A DNA stretch of 64,000 nucleotides from Oikopleura dioica (lineage: Eukaryota > Animalia > Chordata). Every line of letters starts with the position of its first letter. The stretch's first letter is position 1. The stretch spans positions 8,990,001 through 9,054,000 of the forward strand of contig OU015568.1 of NCBI GenBank assembly GCA_907165135.1, written 5' to 3'. Below, one piece after another: positions 47,942 to 60,607 of the stretch. Under the pieces are notes generated by a model that did no database searches, was not told the DNA's origin, and worked only from the letters and a program-made list of their open reading frames with translations. The position numbers and the translations under genes are program-made.

Positions 47942-50538
47942 TTAAAAATCTTCATGTCCTCTGTAGACGCTATCCTGCTTATTGTAATATCCCTCAAATA
48001 AATCCAAGCCCATAAGCTCAAGAATCGAGTTATTAATGAAGCCAATGAGTTCTATTTGGGTCATGGCTTGGGCGAAGAAAGCTTTTTCTTTAGCATCTTT
48101 TCCCTCTTCGACCTTGAGCTCATAATATTTTCGGGCTTCGTGGACATCATCTTGTATGAACCTCATATAACTTTATTCGAGTTTAAAATCAAATGCAGTT
48201 GCTATATTCGCCTCCTTGAAGATGATAGAATAATTTTAAACCGTGCCTTATACAGCCAGCTTTATATCGCTTTTGAATCTGATTGTGTAATTCTAGGGAT
48301 TTTATCAAGTTCAATACAGGAATCACAAAGTCCGCCTTCGACGCTAATTCAGCCGTATCTTCTAACAATAGTCGATTCCAAATAAGTTCTTGGTCGATTT
48401 CTTGGCCAGCTGGAGAGAGAAGGAAATCTTTGATCCTGGGAATTATGAATGATGCAACTTTTTGCGGGCAATTTGGTGTTAGAGTGCGGAGGAAGAGGCA
48501 GTACGCTGCACGGGGGTGTAGTTTCTCGCAGGCGAGTTGGAGGACTGGAATGGTCAAAAGGCGGATACTTCGACTGTTGAAAAACATGGCTACGTTGCAC
48601 AACGCGTCCCAGAAGCTAAAAATGCTCTCCTTTGATTTCGAAGTTCATTTTTATGAATTCTCACCCGACGTCGTAGAGGGAATGTCCTGATCTTCTGAAG
48701 AGTCGCTGTAAAACGAGAATCGCAGCTTGGACGAGGAAACTTTTGCTACCTTCGAGACATGCAGTGATCAGTGGCGACCACCGCTCAAGCAGGAATTCAT
48801 ATCGGCAGACATAATAAAGCGGACTTTCCAACAGGTGGACGATTAGACCTTCGACTTCGCACTCGAATTTGAAAATCTTACTGTAGTTTTGTTTCATTAG
48901 CGAGGTGAGGAAAAAGTCATGGCATCGGAGAGTTTTCGAGCATTCCATAAACGCATCAAATGTATCGTTCCATTCTCGATCATCAATGAATTCTGGCTCC
49001 GAGAAACGACCGATGACTGGGTTGTCGAAGTTACGCAGGACAGACTGAAAAAGGGATTAAATCGCAAGAAAAAGGCCCGACCGAGATTTGAACTCGGGAT
49101 CTCCTGATTACTAGTCAGGCGCTTTAACCAACTAAGCCATCGGGCCTGGCTCTCCCGCTGCGCTTATCACGTTATCAATTGATAGGGGCGCTTTAAGATT
49201 TCTTTTGAAATTTATGTTTTGACGAATTACAGTACACTCGCACAATTTGGCCCCGCACAATTCGGCCCTTTTTTCGAATTTCGCTAAAACGTTAGAAAAT
49301 CGCACAATTTGCCCCCCTGACCCTAATTTCTTCCTTGGCTTGGTTTTTCTCTCCTTCATTTTGAAAAAAAGCGCAAAAAATTATCTATCTCTAGGTATCT
49401 TACATCCCTTTTTGAGGATCAGAGTGAATGAGTGTGCGTGTTTAGCAGATTTCAAAAATAGGAACGAACTGAAATCCATTCATAGACAGGCTTTCTTGTC
49501 ACCTTTAACTTCACATGACCAACACTTCGACTATTCGGCGATGATCGGCGTTTCGACTCAGTTCGAGTGAAAAAGGAGCGATTCAGTGGGAAAGGAGCAT
49601 CATTTCCTATGAGACTATCCATTCGATTTTCACATCAAATTTTAACACAAGAAACAAAGTTTACTAGTGTTTAAAAGACACACAATTCGGACCCGCACAA
49701 TTCGGCCCTTTTTCGACATATCGCAAAAACAAAAAAGGGCCAAATTGTGCGAGTGTACTGTATAACGATACAGGGCCAATCAGATGGCTGGATAGAAATG
49801 TTTGTTATCGTTAAAAATATTGTAGAAAACTTGAGTTTTACCTCAGATCCAGGAATCTTGGCAATTCTGATGATGATCCCATTGAGCAAATGAAATATCT
49901 CCTGCTTCATATCCTGCCAGGGTCGAAAAACCGTCAAATTATCAACAATGATCGCAATAATTTGTAGCTGACTGAGGATCGCTTTGGCAAAGGGGTGATT
50001 TTTAATGAGGAGTTCTTTCATTTTTGCAAGCGGCATTTCTTCCGCGATGTTCAGTCCACTTGGATCAGCAGTCGAGACTGGCATTTCATCCGTATCCTCT
50101 ATCCCAATGAGGCGGTACTCTTCGTTGAAACCGTAAAACGACGACAGAATCAAACTACAGTTGTACATCGATAAATCATGAAGTAGCCCTTCTCGAATGG
50201 CGATATTGAAGTAAGGAAGGACAGCTGCACACAAGTCCATTGGATCGGCCATTTCGAGAAGCCGAAGCATCGTTCCTCCGTCAAGCCCGTTTGATAAAAT
50301 TCTGAGAATATCTGGCCATTCGTCCTTGACTTCGGCGAATTTTTCGAAATCACTGTTGACTTTTTTGATGAGGTAGGGAAGTGTTTCGGACGCCACCAAT
50401 CTGCATCTTTTCTAAAACCATGCTATCAAAGGCAAAAAGGGCTTTCCGATTCGTTACCTTTACAACAGGATCACCAAGAAATCTCAATAGCGTGGCAGGA
50501 TCCTCTGCCATCGAATTTATCTGGTCGATTAGCGACAT
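47942..50538 (-). CDS. Uncharacterised helical-repeat protein (weak TTI2-like impression only)
   Basis: Several minus-strand ORFs join by canonical introns (e.g. DPVVK|[13 protein letters not shown]). One intron holds the MITE and tRNA-Thr. Family not established. Confidence 0.55.
49073..49146 (-). tRNA. tRNA-Thr(AGT)
   Basis: GGCCCGATGGCTTAGTTGGTTAAAGCGCCTGACTAGTAATCAGGAGATCCCGAGTTCAAATCTCGGTCGGGCCT. Full cloverleaf, anticodon AGT, followed by a T-run terminator. Confidence 0.97.
49230..49760. mobile_element. Tc1/mariner (pogo-like) MITE, 531 bp
   Basis: Perfect 24-bp TIRs CAGTACACTCGCACAATTTGGCCC and GGGCCAAATTGTGCGAGTGTACTG, TA TSD, subterminal GCACAATT(C/T)G repeats. Confidence 0.92.
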
Positions 50539-50653
50539 TTTCTCCCACTTTTTCCTTATACGAAATCAGAAATATCTCTCTGAAAAATTAACTTCTAGCT
50601 AAGTGATTGGTGGAACCCATTTATTGTACAGATGATCCCAAGAAAAAGAGATG

Positions 50654-50727
50654 CGTCCCTAGCTGGGATCGAACCAGCAACCTCTCGATTAACAGTCGAA
50701 CGCGCTAACCAATTGCGCCATAGAGAC
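50654..50727 (-). tRNA. tRNA-Asn(GTT)
   Basis: GTCTCTATGGCGCAATTGGTTAGCGCGTTCGACTGTTAATCGAGAGGTTGCTGGTTCGATCCCAGCTAGGGACG. Anticodon GTT, downstream T-run. Confidence 0.97.
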
Positions 50728-50905
50728 AACTGATGGGCAGTGGAAAAATGGGGGATTTAAAATCGTGGAAATCAGAAGGGTGGCTTGAGAGGGAAATAAT
50801 CGGGCTTTCCAACCAGCATTGAGTCAAAAAATTGGCATAAATGAAGATTTTTGGGTAAATGGCGGCATTTGCGAAGGAAACAGCAGCTACAGAAAATATT
50901 CGACT

Positions 50906-52926
50906 TCATCTGCTAGTGATTCGCAGAAAAGATCGTTTCAGCTTCCAGAAGTCTTCTCCTTTGAAAAATCTCTTCTCGTTCCTTACCAACCGAGAATAAA
51001 CAAGACGAAAACACTTGTGGAAAAATTCTTCTGGGCATCGAAATTCGTGAATCTGGTCATTTTGAAGATGGACATGCTTTCTTGTGGCGTTATAGCAGCG
51101 AGCGATTTCTTGGAAAACAGCGAAGACGACTTGTTTCGTGGATTTTTCATCAAGCTCAATTATGATCTTTTGGCAAAGACATCTGTTAAGTTTATTTTTG
51201 GCGAGAAATTGAAAGTAATTGATTCTTTCTCGCAGTGGTGCTTTCATTCGTTTGGTGAAGTCTGGGTCATACCGACGGATCTTCTTCGTCACAGCATTTG
51301 TGGTGAGGTTCTTGTTGTATCCGAGGAAAGTGATTTCTTCGAGGGAAAGGCCATGCATAGGAAGAAGCGGTTTCAGCGCGTCGTAGAAGGTGGAGATTTG
51401 CTCTTTAGATTGACCATGAATCAAGATATCGTCCATGTACTGGATTATCTGAAGATCCGGGATGTTTGCTTTCTTGTAAGCCACATTCAGCGTATCTTTT
51501 ATGTACAACTCCGCCAGGGGAAAAGAAAGAGGCGAAGAATGAAGGAGAAAACGCGTCGTATAGCACTTTTTCCCCCATCGAATCGGAGTTTGTTTCAAGA
51601 ACTCAAACAGCTTTTCAATGTCTCGTAATCGGAAACATTTGTATTCTTCCTCGTCGAAGATACAAATTTCTTCTTTTCTCTTGTATTCAATTTTACCGGA
51701 TTGTTCGCTTCTTCTGAAGAAAATCCATCTAAATTTATCTCGCTCCTCGACTTCTCCAAAAAAATTGTTGAGTTTTCCGAGAAAGAAGTTGTATGCTTTT
51801 GACGCTAGAATCCCATCGTAGGCTGATTTGACGTCTGTCTTTGCGAGAACACAGGAAGAAGTGTCAATTTTCTGCATGAATGGGAGAACTTCCGGGAGAG
51901 AAATTGACTTTATTCTTGTGATACTGTCGGTAGCAGCAATCCATCTGATAAATTGAAGCTTCGCGGAGAAGATTTCCTTGATTTCATCCTGCGAAGCGGT
52001 TCGCTCCCTAATTTTCATGTTTTCTGAGTCTCTGTAAATAACCAAAGGGCGTTCTACTCGCAAAAGATGCTGCTTCAGTGGGGCGACGAGTCTGAATTTC
52101 TCTCCACTTGGAATAAAGCCGAAGTTGGGAATTTTGATGCCATGTTTTGTCATCGATTTTACTTTCTCTTTTGACACTTCTTGAATCCACCCTTTTTCGA
52201 TTCTTGATTTGAGATGATTTTTGACGAGCTTGTTCCAAGTCTGGCGCTTGAAGACAAGAACTTCGTTCTTTTCCCTTGTGACGAAGAAGACCTTCAGAAA
52301 CAAATTCTTCATGAGCTTGAACATGCTATTCAAAAAATAGGCTGTCAGATCTTCCTTTTTCTGGCTCCTCAGTTCATGCAGTATCGCTATCTCTCCTAAA
52401 TACAGTAAATTCTAGCAAATATAAACATCGCTTTACCTATGGTCGTCTTTTCCAGAAAGATCGTCGCACAATCCCAGTCGTCAGAACTCCAAAGAGCACG
52501 ATCGTTAATAATTCTCTCAAAAGTTCTCCAAAAAGATCGCTTCAAAGTCAGCATCCATTTTCCAAAGACTGCTTCGTACACAGGTTTGATTGCAAAGACT
52601 GCGACTGAAACGGGAATCGAATCGTCGGCGACTTTTCCACTGTTGGACTTTTTCTTCGTCGATTTTTGAATTCTAGCAGAAATCTGCTTGGTAAATGCGA
52701 ACATCAACGGACAAGTATCAGCTTCAACGCCTGCTCTCATTTTTAGTCGTCTTTCATCGTATGCCTTTTGCCAAGAATTAACACAACCCTGAAGAAACAA
52801 CGGTAAGTAACAATATTGATGAAGGAAAAGAACCTCAATGACGTGTTCTTCGTCCATAACGTCTCGGAATGAAGATGACTCCCTCTTACTCAACGCAATC
52901 TGGCCAGAGCTACCAGAACTTTCCAT
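50906..52926 (-). CDS. TERT: Telomerase reverse transcriptase, short and highly divergent (two exons)
   Basis: QFP-like segment (VYEAVFGKW..KRSFWRTFERII), T motif (FFVTREKNEVLVFKRQTWNKL), motif 1 FGFIPSG, motif 2 FRLV, motif A KTDVKSAYD, degenerate B' FLLHSSPLS...ELY, motif C QYMDDILI, motif E TFLGY. One GT-AG intron near 52390-52430. Confidence 0.8.
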
Positions 52927-53599
52927 TCTACTTTTGTTATTTTTAGGAGAATGACTTTATCAAAGTTTAATTCTATTTATTTTAATAATGGCTAGAGTGA
53001 GATAAAAACAGAAATATAGAAGTGTGCGACTCGTAAGAGCCGTCTGGTTGAACCTGAGGAAGAAAAGGTAAATTGTATTGGCACATTGTAAGTGAACTGA
53101 TAAAAGATGCATGCGATTACAGCCAGAGCTGGCGGTCTCGATGATTTTTAGAGAAAAACTCGGAAAGGCTAGCCCTAACTGTAAATTCAAGAAGTGATGG
53201 AGGATGATAAGCTGCGTTGAAATAAAGATTTTAAATAAAATGCTATTGAATTGACTTGCTGAAAAAACTCTTAAGTCTAGTTAAATTCGTTGTTGTTCAG
53301 GTTATTGAGTGGGTGAATGTGGGTGGTTTTAACATTCTTTGTATTCGGTTTCAGGAGCACCAATAGTTCAAAGCGTGAAATTCGGAAATAACAGAAAGTT
53401 TTTATAGTTGTTATATACAGAAGTCTGTCTGCTACAAATACAGAAGTTACTAATATACACGAAGGTCTTTTGTCTTTTCTTCTACTTCATTCATGTCTTT
53501 TGAGAACATCAAAGTGCCATCATCGTCGTAGATGTCTTCGATCGGCTCGTTATTATTTTCTTAAATTCGAAATTAAAAGATTTATCAGTGCGAAATAAA

Positions 53600-55695
53600 T
53601 CAACTTTCTCCGTCTTCGTCATCATCTTGCGAAGCGAGGCGAGAAGCAGGTCTGGAGTTGAAGGGAGAAGCGGCAATGGACAAATTCGCAAGAGAAGGCG
53701 TTCTTTTAAAAGCACCCATTTTCGCTCTATGCAAGAGCTCAATTTCTTCCTGGATATTCTGAATATTTCTTTGAAAACTTCAAAGGATTTTGCGAAGTAC
53801 CTCTGGAAGGACACGCGCGAGGGCGAGTTTTCGTGCTTCTGTGTAGTATCGTCCGAGGTTTTTCCAGTCCAAAAAGTCGGAAAGTCTTTCCGTTCGGTTT
53901 CGCTGGATGATTCGCTGGCGACGGGTTTGTTTGCAGAATCCAAGCATGTTGTCTGCCAGGTCCTCTGCTGCCTTTTCAAAAGCCTAAATGATCATTTTAT
54001 TGAGAAAATAAGAAGAAAAGCATACCGGGTATCGTCTGTCAATCACATAAGTTCCATATTGCCAGGCATTTTCGATGTGTTCCTCCATCCAGCAACCGTA
54101 ACCAGAAAGATTTGTCGTTACAGAGGGAATGCCCATAACAGTACACTCAGCAGGAGTGTAACCCCACGGCTCGTAGTAGCTAGGGAAGACGCCTAAGTGA
54201 CAGCCTCGCGCGAATTCCATGTAGTCCATTGGTAAAAGAGGATTTGTCGGCTTGAGGAACTCTGGATGGAAAATAACCTTTACGCGATCCCACCAATTGT
54301 TGTGAAGCTTGCATTCACGTAGTTTGCTCAGAACGGGGTCTTTTGCGTCGTTGACGAGGTTGTGGGTCGTGATGGGAGGGAGAGGCCGACCTTCTGCGCC
54401 GTAGACTTTTGATTTGATCTCGTACATGTCCTCGTCGCCGATAATTTCTGAGGCTTCTGGAATATGACCCTAGAGAAGGAAATTGAAAAGTGATAACTAA
54501 AAGCTTTCTTTACCTGTGTAACAGATTTGTAAATCCGTTGGCCGATGCGTTCCTGCAATTTTCTCGTTGATTCTATAAGTGCTTTCGACTGGCTCTGGCC
54601 TTCGAGGGATTCCACATTGAATGAGTTTGTCTTTCCGTTGAAGATCATGAAGGCAGCAACAGTAACGTCGCTCTGCTCGTCCATTAACTTTTTGTTCAAT
54701 CTAGCGAGCGCTTCAATGAAGAGATCGATGCCCTTATTTCTGTATTCGTATCGGCCAGCAGTGAACATGTAAATCGTGTTATCCAAGTCAAAGTCCAGAT
54801 GACCGTAGAAATGGCCTTGCATGAACTGTTCAATCTTTTCTTTCGACTTCTGATGCTGCGACTGAAACTCGTGGGGAGCCGACCATCGCTTCACATTCAG
54901 CCCGTTTGGTGTGATTACATCTGGCTTTCGCTTCAACAAGTGTTCGGCCTCGTCTGCTGTGATTTGAGAAACGGCGGTGAAAACATGTGAAAGCGATGCA
55001 GCGGCGCGTTCGATGCAATATCGATGATAAATTTGTCTCCTTCCTGCTTCGTAATCAACATCAACGGTGTGGAGATTCGTGTAGAAGTCGAAGGCGGGAT
55101 CGGCGCAGAGATATCTGCCAAGAAGAGTCGCGTGTGTTGTGAAAATCGTCGCAACGTTAAGCTTTCTTATTCTCGCCATGATCATCCCCACGGAAGCGAG
55201 CCACTCGTGGAAGTGACAAATAGTCAGCGGAATTCGATCCTCGTTGGCGAGTTTGTACTGGTGCAACCACTCGCCGATGAACCACGCGCAAACAAACCCG
55301 TAGAGGATCGTATCGTTGTATTCAATATCTTCGAATGGTCCATTGATCTTTGTTTTATCCGCGAATTCTCGACGCCAACCGTCCAAATATCCGGCAACGG
55401 ATGGAATGTCAAAGAGCACGACTTGTGGAACGCTTTCAATAAGCCATTTACCAGTTGTTACACCGACGCCTCGCTCTCGCATCGCTTCGATCGTTCGCTG
55501 CATGATTGGATTTTGTAACTCACATTGTTCAACTTCTGTTCTCAACGCTCGGTCGTTTTTCTTGGCACCAAAGAGAACATAATTGGAATACCCCAACTCG
55601 TCAACGCTAACGGGTGCTTTGGACTTGATCACTTGGTAGATGCCGCCGACTTTGTTTGCAACTTCCAACGAAAACTCGAAGGTGAAGTATTCCAT
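53600..55695 (-). CDS. GYS1: Glycogen synthase
   Basis: [97 protein letters not shown]. Orthology to GYS1 versus GYS2 is not resolvable. Confidence 0.97.
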
Positions 55696-55860
55696 GTTTA
55701 GCGATTTCTGAAAAGAAAAAGGGTGGAAAAACATTTTCTGAAAGGCTTTCTATGTTCATATTGCACATAATAATATATGAAGGCAAGGTAACGAAACTCT
55801 GAACTGTAAAAAAGATGATAGAAAGGGGGATGAATAGATATGGCGATTTTGAATAAAATT

Positions 55861-58756
55861 TCAGTCAAGAAGTCCCTCATCAGGTTCATCTGGTAAAATG
55901 GCGTTCATTGCTTCGTGAGGATTTTCTGGGTGCGTTGGGTAGTTGGAACCGTGAAGTTCAGGTTCATAAGTCACCAATACAACGCTTGTCTAGAAACAAA
56001 TTTTAGCGTAATTGTTACGTAACAGCTGATTATTCAATAATCAACTGCGAAAGTTTATTACCCAGACGTGGAGCATGATCATGTATACGAGCACGAGGAG
56101 TCTGACTGTTGGATACCGCTTCAAAAGAACACCAATTCGGATTGATAGTTTATCGAGAGCTCCAACAGCGCGTTTAATTTTCCCGACGGCGTCGTCGGTA
56201 GAGTCGGTGATGAGGGATTCGGCGTCGATTTCCACGTGACCGCGTTTTCGAACGACTGGCGAACTGTTTTGTGTGTGATTCTATGGATGTTATTTAACTA
56301 ATTGACAAAAGGAAATGGTCGCTGTAATCAAGAAAGAGTACTTACGGATCGCATTCTCGTCCTTTCCAACTCCAGCGAAAGAGCTGATTTATCGGACGAA
56401 AGTGCCTCAATTGTCGTTTGTTTCTCAATCAGCGTATCTGTCAGCGCTCTCAGTCTCTTTTCCAGCTCTGCGTTTGACGCGTGCGACATGACTTTGCTCC
56501 TCAGTCGGCCGATCTGAATTGCCAATTTTCATCGAGAAAAATGTTATTTCAACCGAAAAAGGAAATTAAAGGTGAAATATAGAGCGATGTTCTTTTATAA
56601 AGGAGTCCCTGGCGCGAGAAAACGCGTGATGGTTAAGTCACAGCCATGATTTGTCCAACAAAAAATGAGGTGTTATGTAACTTGCTCTATCCTAGAGACA
56701 TGTTACGATACGCCCATTTTTTGTGTTATAGTAAGTTACGCGGCTACATAATGAGCTCCTTTAATACTATTAAAACTTGATGAAATCAACGAGGATATTA
56801 TATTGTAATTTGATAGAAACGCACCTCACGATCTTTTTCAGCCGTCAGTCTGCTCAGCTCAAGTCTAGCTGCGTCATTCTCGCGCTGGCTCTGCCCTAGT
56901 TCTAGCCTCAGCCGCGCTAGCTCTGGCGTAACTTCATTCAGCCTCTGCTGACTGTGCTCGAAATTGACTTCCATCTCGCTATAGCGCGTCACTAGAATTC
57001 CTAATTAACACATTTACAAAGTGATGAGATTCTTACTGGATTGTTCAAAGTCCTCAGCTGCTTGAGACTCAGCTTGCTGGAGATCTGCGCGTAGGTCTTG
57101 AATCTGATGATATTTTTACTTCTTTGGGCATCGGAAAAAGAACTTACTTGAGTTGCGAATGCTCTGTTTTCATCCTTTAGCAAATCATTTTCATGTTGAA
57201 GCTCTTCTAGTTTTACGCAGCGAGCTGAAATAAAACATAATTACTTTTAAAAATCATTTCTTGTTACCCTGGTTTTCAGAAGAAACTTCCGATTCTTCTT
57301 TTTGCGCATTTGGATCAGAATTTTTCAGCGATTCGATGAGCTTCTTCTTCGATTGAAGAATTCGCTGCGACTTGACCTTGTATTCTTCAAATTCGACTTG
57401 GATCCGTTCCATGCCAGTTTTGAACGTTCTCGCCTGTGATTGAGCCTCCGAACTTTTAGTTCGTTCTTGCTGGAGGAGAATTTGAGCTTTGGCAAGAGCT
57501 TCTGAAAGCGTTGACTTTTCGATTTCCCATTGAGTCTCCCGCTCGTCGATTTCCTTGGCGCGGGTTTCTTTTTCTTTCATCGCTACTGCTTCAAAGAAGA
57601 TTTATTTTTAGATAAGATCAGGGAATATGCATGTAACATGCAGCATGTTTCACCATGCGAGATCGGAACAGCTGAGTAGGTTCGAATTCTCATATTACCA
57701 GCTGATACGGTGAATAAGTAACTCGAACAACGATAGTCGTTAACTTAGAGCTCAAAATGATTCTTTATAAATGACTCTGAAATTCAGAGTCTGAATCTTG
57801 ATTTAGACCTAGTCCTCTCCGAACTCAATACGGTAAACTAACAGAATAATAAATCCCTTTCCTAACTCAGCATCTTTTTCATCAATTTCACTTTGTCTTC
57901 TCCTCTGCAACTCAGAATTCGTCAGAGTCAGTTCCCTTTCAGTCTTCCTCTGAACCAGGGGTGGATATTTTGAAATCAACCATTATTCCATTTTATTCTA
58001 GAGCAAATTTGGCTTGATAAATCGGCTTGAAATTTCGCATGTTATCATCTTTTATATATTCGAATCAGTCCTGAAAATTTCAGACTGATTCATCAAGCCA
58101 GTTTTGCTCTGGAAAAAATGGAATAATGAAATGATTTCAAATTATCCACCCCTGCTCTGAACATCCATGAGCCTTGAAATCTCCATGTTCAACGAGTTCA
58201 TTTCCTGCCGCAAAAGTTTGTTTTCCAACTGAAGGTCCATCGGTTCATCTCGTCTTTCTCCAACAACGGATCCAGGGGCAGAGACGACTTCGAATTCGCT
58301 ATCGTTGCCAAAGTTTGTTCCCGGGGTTGTTCTACCACTAGGCGGCGTTGGAGGCTTCCGGAGAAGATTCATTCCGGATTCGGAAGATTCATCATCGGAA
58401 TTTTTATCTTTTTTCACCGGGCGGCGAGGGACAGGAGACATCCTAGGTGAACCGGTCAGACGAGAGGGAGAACTGGTCAATTCTCGGTCAAGCCGGAGAT
58501 CCCTCGAGCTGTTTCTTGAATGCTTCGGGCTTGCGGTCCTGACCGGTCCGAACGAGCGATTCATAGATGTCATTGAAGCGGACCGGTCCATCCCACCAGA
58601 GAGTGGAGGAAAATCAGCATCGGACTTTTCATTTTCTCGCTTTTCCTTTATCTCCTCGATTTTTTTCTCCGCGGTTTCAATCGCTGCACCCGCTTGCTTA
58701 TCCAAATTATCCAGGAGTGCCTCACCCTGCTTGGCCAGATTTGAAAGCCATGACAT
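55861..58756 (-). CDS. GOLGA5: Golgin-84
   Basis: N-terminus MSWLSNLAKQGEALLDNLDKQA, long coiled coil, LEKRLRALTDTLIEKQTTIEALSS.KSAL..ELER, C-terminal TM RYPTVRLLVLVYMIMLHVWV then VLVTYEPELH. Confidence 0.9.
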
Positions 58757-58877
58757 TCTACGATTTTTACAACTCAACAATGGAAAGAGACATATGTCCT
58801 ATAGGATTTTTTAAAATAAATAGTAACGAAGAGCCAGCATTCAGTTTGTTGAACGGAAGCTGGAACTTTGTTTAATT

Positions 58878-60335
58878 TTATTCAGTCTGGAACAAATGTG
58901 CTCGCGGCGAGCTTGGAACAGCGCAAGATTTAGTGAAGAAAGTTTGGCTCGGTCGAGCGGAGTTGATGATGCAAGAGGTGAAACTTGGGGATTGCCAGAA
59001 GGAAGGGGAATCGACGAAAATGAAGCATCTCCACTGCCGAAAATCAGCTCTCCTTCGACACGGGAGGATCTTGGGGTTTCGTACTTTGTGGACTTGCCGT
59101 GAAGAATGATGCTATCGCCTTAATTGGGGTCGACAAGGGGTCAATGAATGACCAGTTGGGTCTGAAAGAAGGGCTCTAGGATACTGAGAATTTCTTTAGG
59201 CAGATAACTATCAAGATTGACAGAGAAAATCTTGAAAAACAAAAAATTTAGAGCCCTAAACTGAACGGAATGTGTGTCACCGGTTTCAATGGGGTAACCG
59301 AGATACCAGCACTAACTGCTGGGATCATCGGGAGAGAATGAACCCAATTTTGAGCAGGAGAAGGGTTTTCAAAAGTCAGGGGCGGGGGAAAAGATTCTTG
59401 TAGACCCGTTGCGCCTGAGAGACAAGACCGCTCGCTCACTTCTTCCTCGACTTCGACGATTTCGACGGATTCCTCTTCTGAGTTCTGCTCGGAAAGGGTA
59501 GTTGAAGAAGGTGCTGGAGTGCTAGGACCGGGATATTCTCGTTGTCGAGCGAGAATTTCGTTCGCTTTTGCGTCAATTGCAGCAATGCGCTTATCCATAT
59601 CTCGGAGTCGATCTTTCTGAAAAAAGGATGAACAATTTGAAATGTCTCTAGAATAATTTATTTACCGAAAGATCAGAAGAAGATGTCGCAATATTCGTGC
59701 TCGTAGCGATCATTTTGTCGTAATGGGTGAATTTCTTCATCATGTTCAGGCTGCTGTTTCTCATCGAATCTCCCTGAAAACTCACAATTAATTCCGACAA
59801 AAAGGGAGGAAACTTACGGTTCGATCGATCTTGTCCTTGAGCGATTTTCTATCAGAAAAAAGGTAGCCGATTTTCTTGTGGGTTTGTTCCACTTTTTGCT
59901 CGACCGTGCCGATTCGTTTCTCCACATCATCGAGTCTTCTTACTTGATTCAGAAGACCTTTTGCAGCTTTGTAGCCGACGCTTACGGCGCAACAGGATAC
60001 AACTAAAAATTTTTCTTTCAAAAATTTGAAACTTTTAATGAATTTCCCAATAAAATTGGCGTAACTGGGAGATTTGATTGCTCCAAAAATTTTATGTATG
60101 AACACCTACGTATTTTTCAGTCGCAAGCCAAGCAGATCAGCATATTTCTTCAATTTTGATTGGATAAAGTATAATTTATCTTTTTTCATTAATAGAAGCT
60201 TAGAATCAGTAATTCTATTATTAAAACTAACAATTTATGAATAAAATTACAATAACGAATTATATAAAAATAACTATTAAAAGACTTACCGTAAGGAAGT
60301 ACCTCTGCAGCCAGTTTCACGTCGCTAAGTTCCAT
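58878..60335 (-). CDS. Uncharacterised multi-exon protein (short hydrophobic segment, coiled coil, Ser/Pro-rich tail)
   Basis: Minus-strand exons with GT-AG boundaries, e.g. AVSVGYKAAKGLLNQVRRLDDVEKRIGTVEQKVE and IAAIDAKANEILARQREYPG. Boundaries approximate. Confidence 0.45.
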
Positions 60336-60607
60336 TTTGAAAATAATGAAGTTGAAATTCGAATTTTGCCAAAATACATTTTTTCCCAAACATGTTCTAG
60401 AAAACACATTTTATAAAAAAAATTTAGCACGGCTAAATTCTCGTTTTTTTCAGACAGAAATGTCTCTTGGAAGCTCATGAAGAAAATACCTAACTGTCGT
60501 TTAGGGAATTGGGGATTGGCGCATAATTCGCTATTGGGCGGCTCCGCGGCGAATAAACGAGCGTGAGAGAAATTCCATTTTGTAGGAAATTCTAGCGCAG
60601 AGGTAGA

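Noticed and set aside
49671-49760. C-terminus of the 242-aa ORF (…[29 protein letters not shown]) as a real exonised MITE
   Set aside because: A strong GAG|GTAAAA donor upstream and a continuing exon near 49050 place this stretch in an intron.
53169-53179. CTAGCCCTAAC upstream of TERT, one mismatch from the vertebrate telomerase RNA template
   Set aside because: A short imperfect match is expected by chance, and no pseudoknot or other supporting structure is evident.
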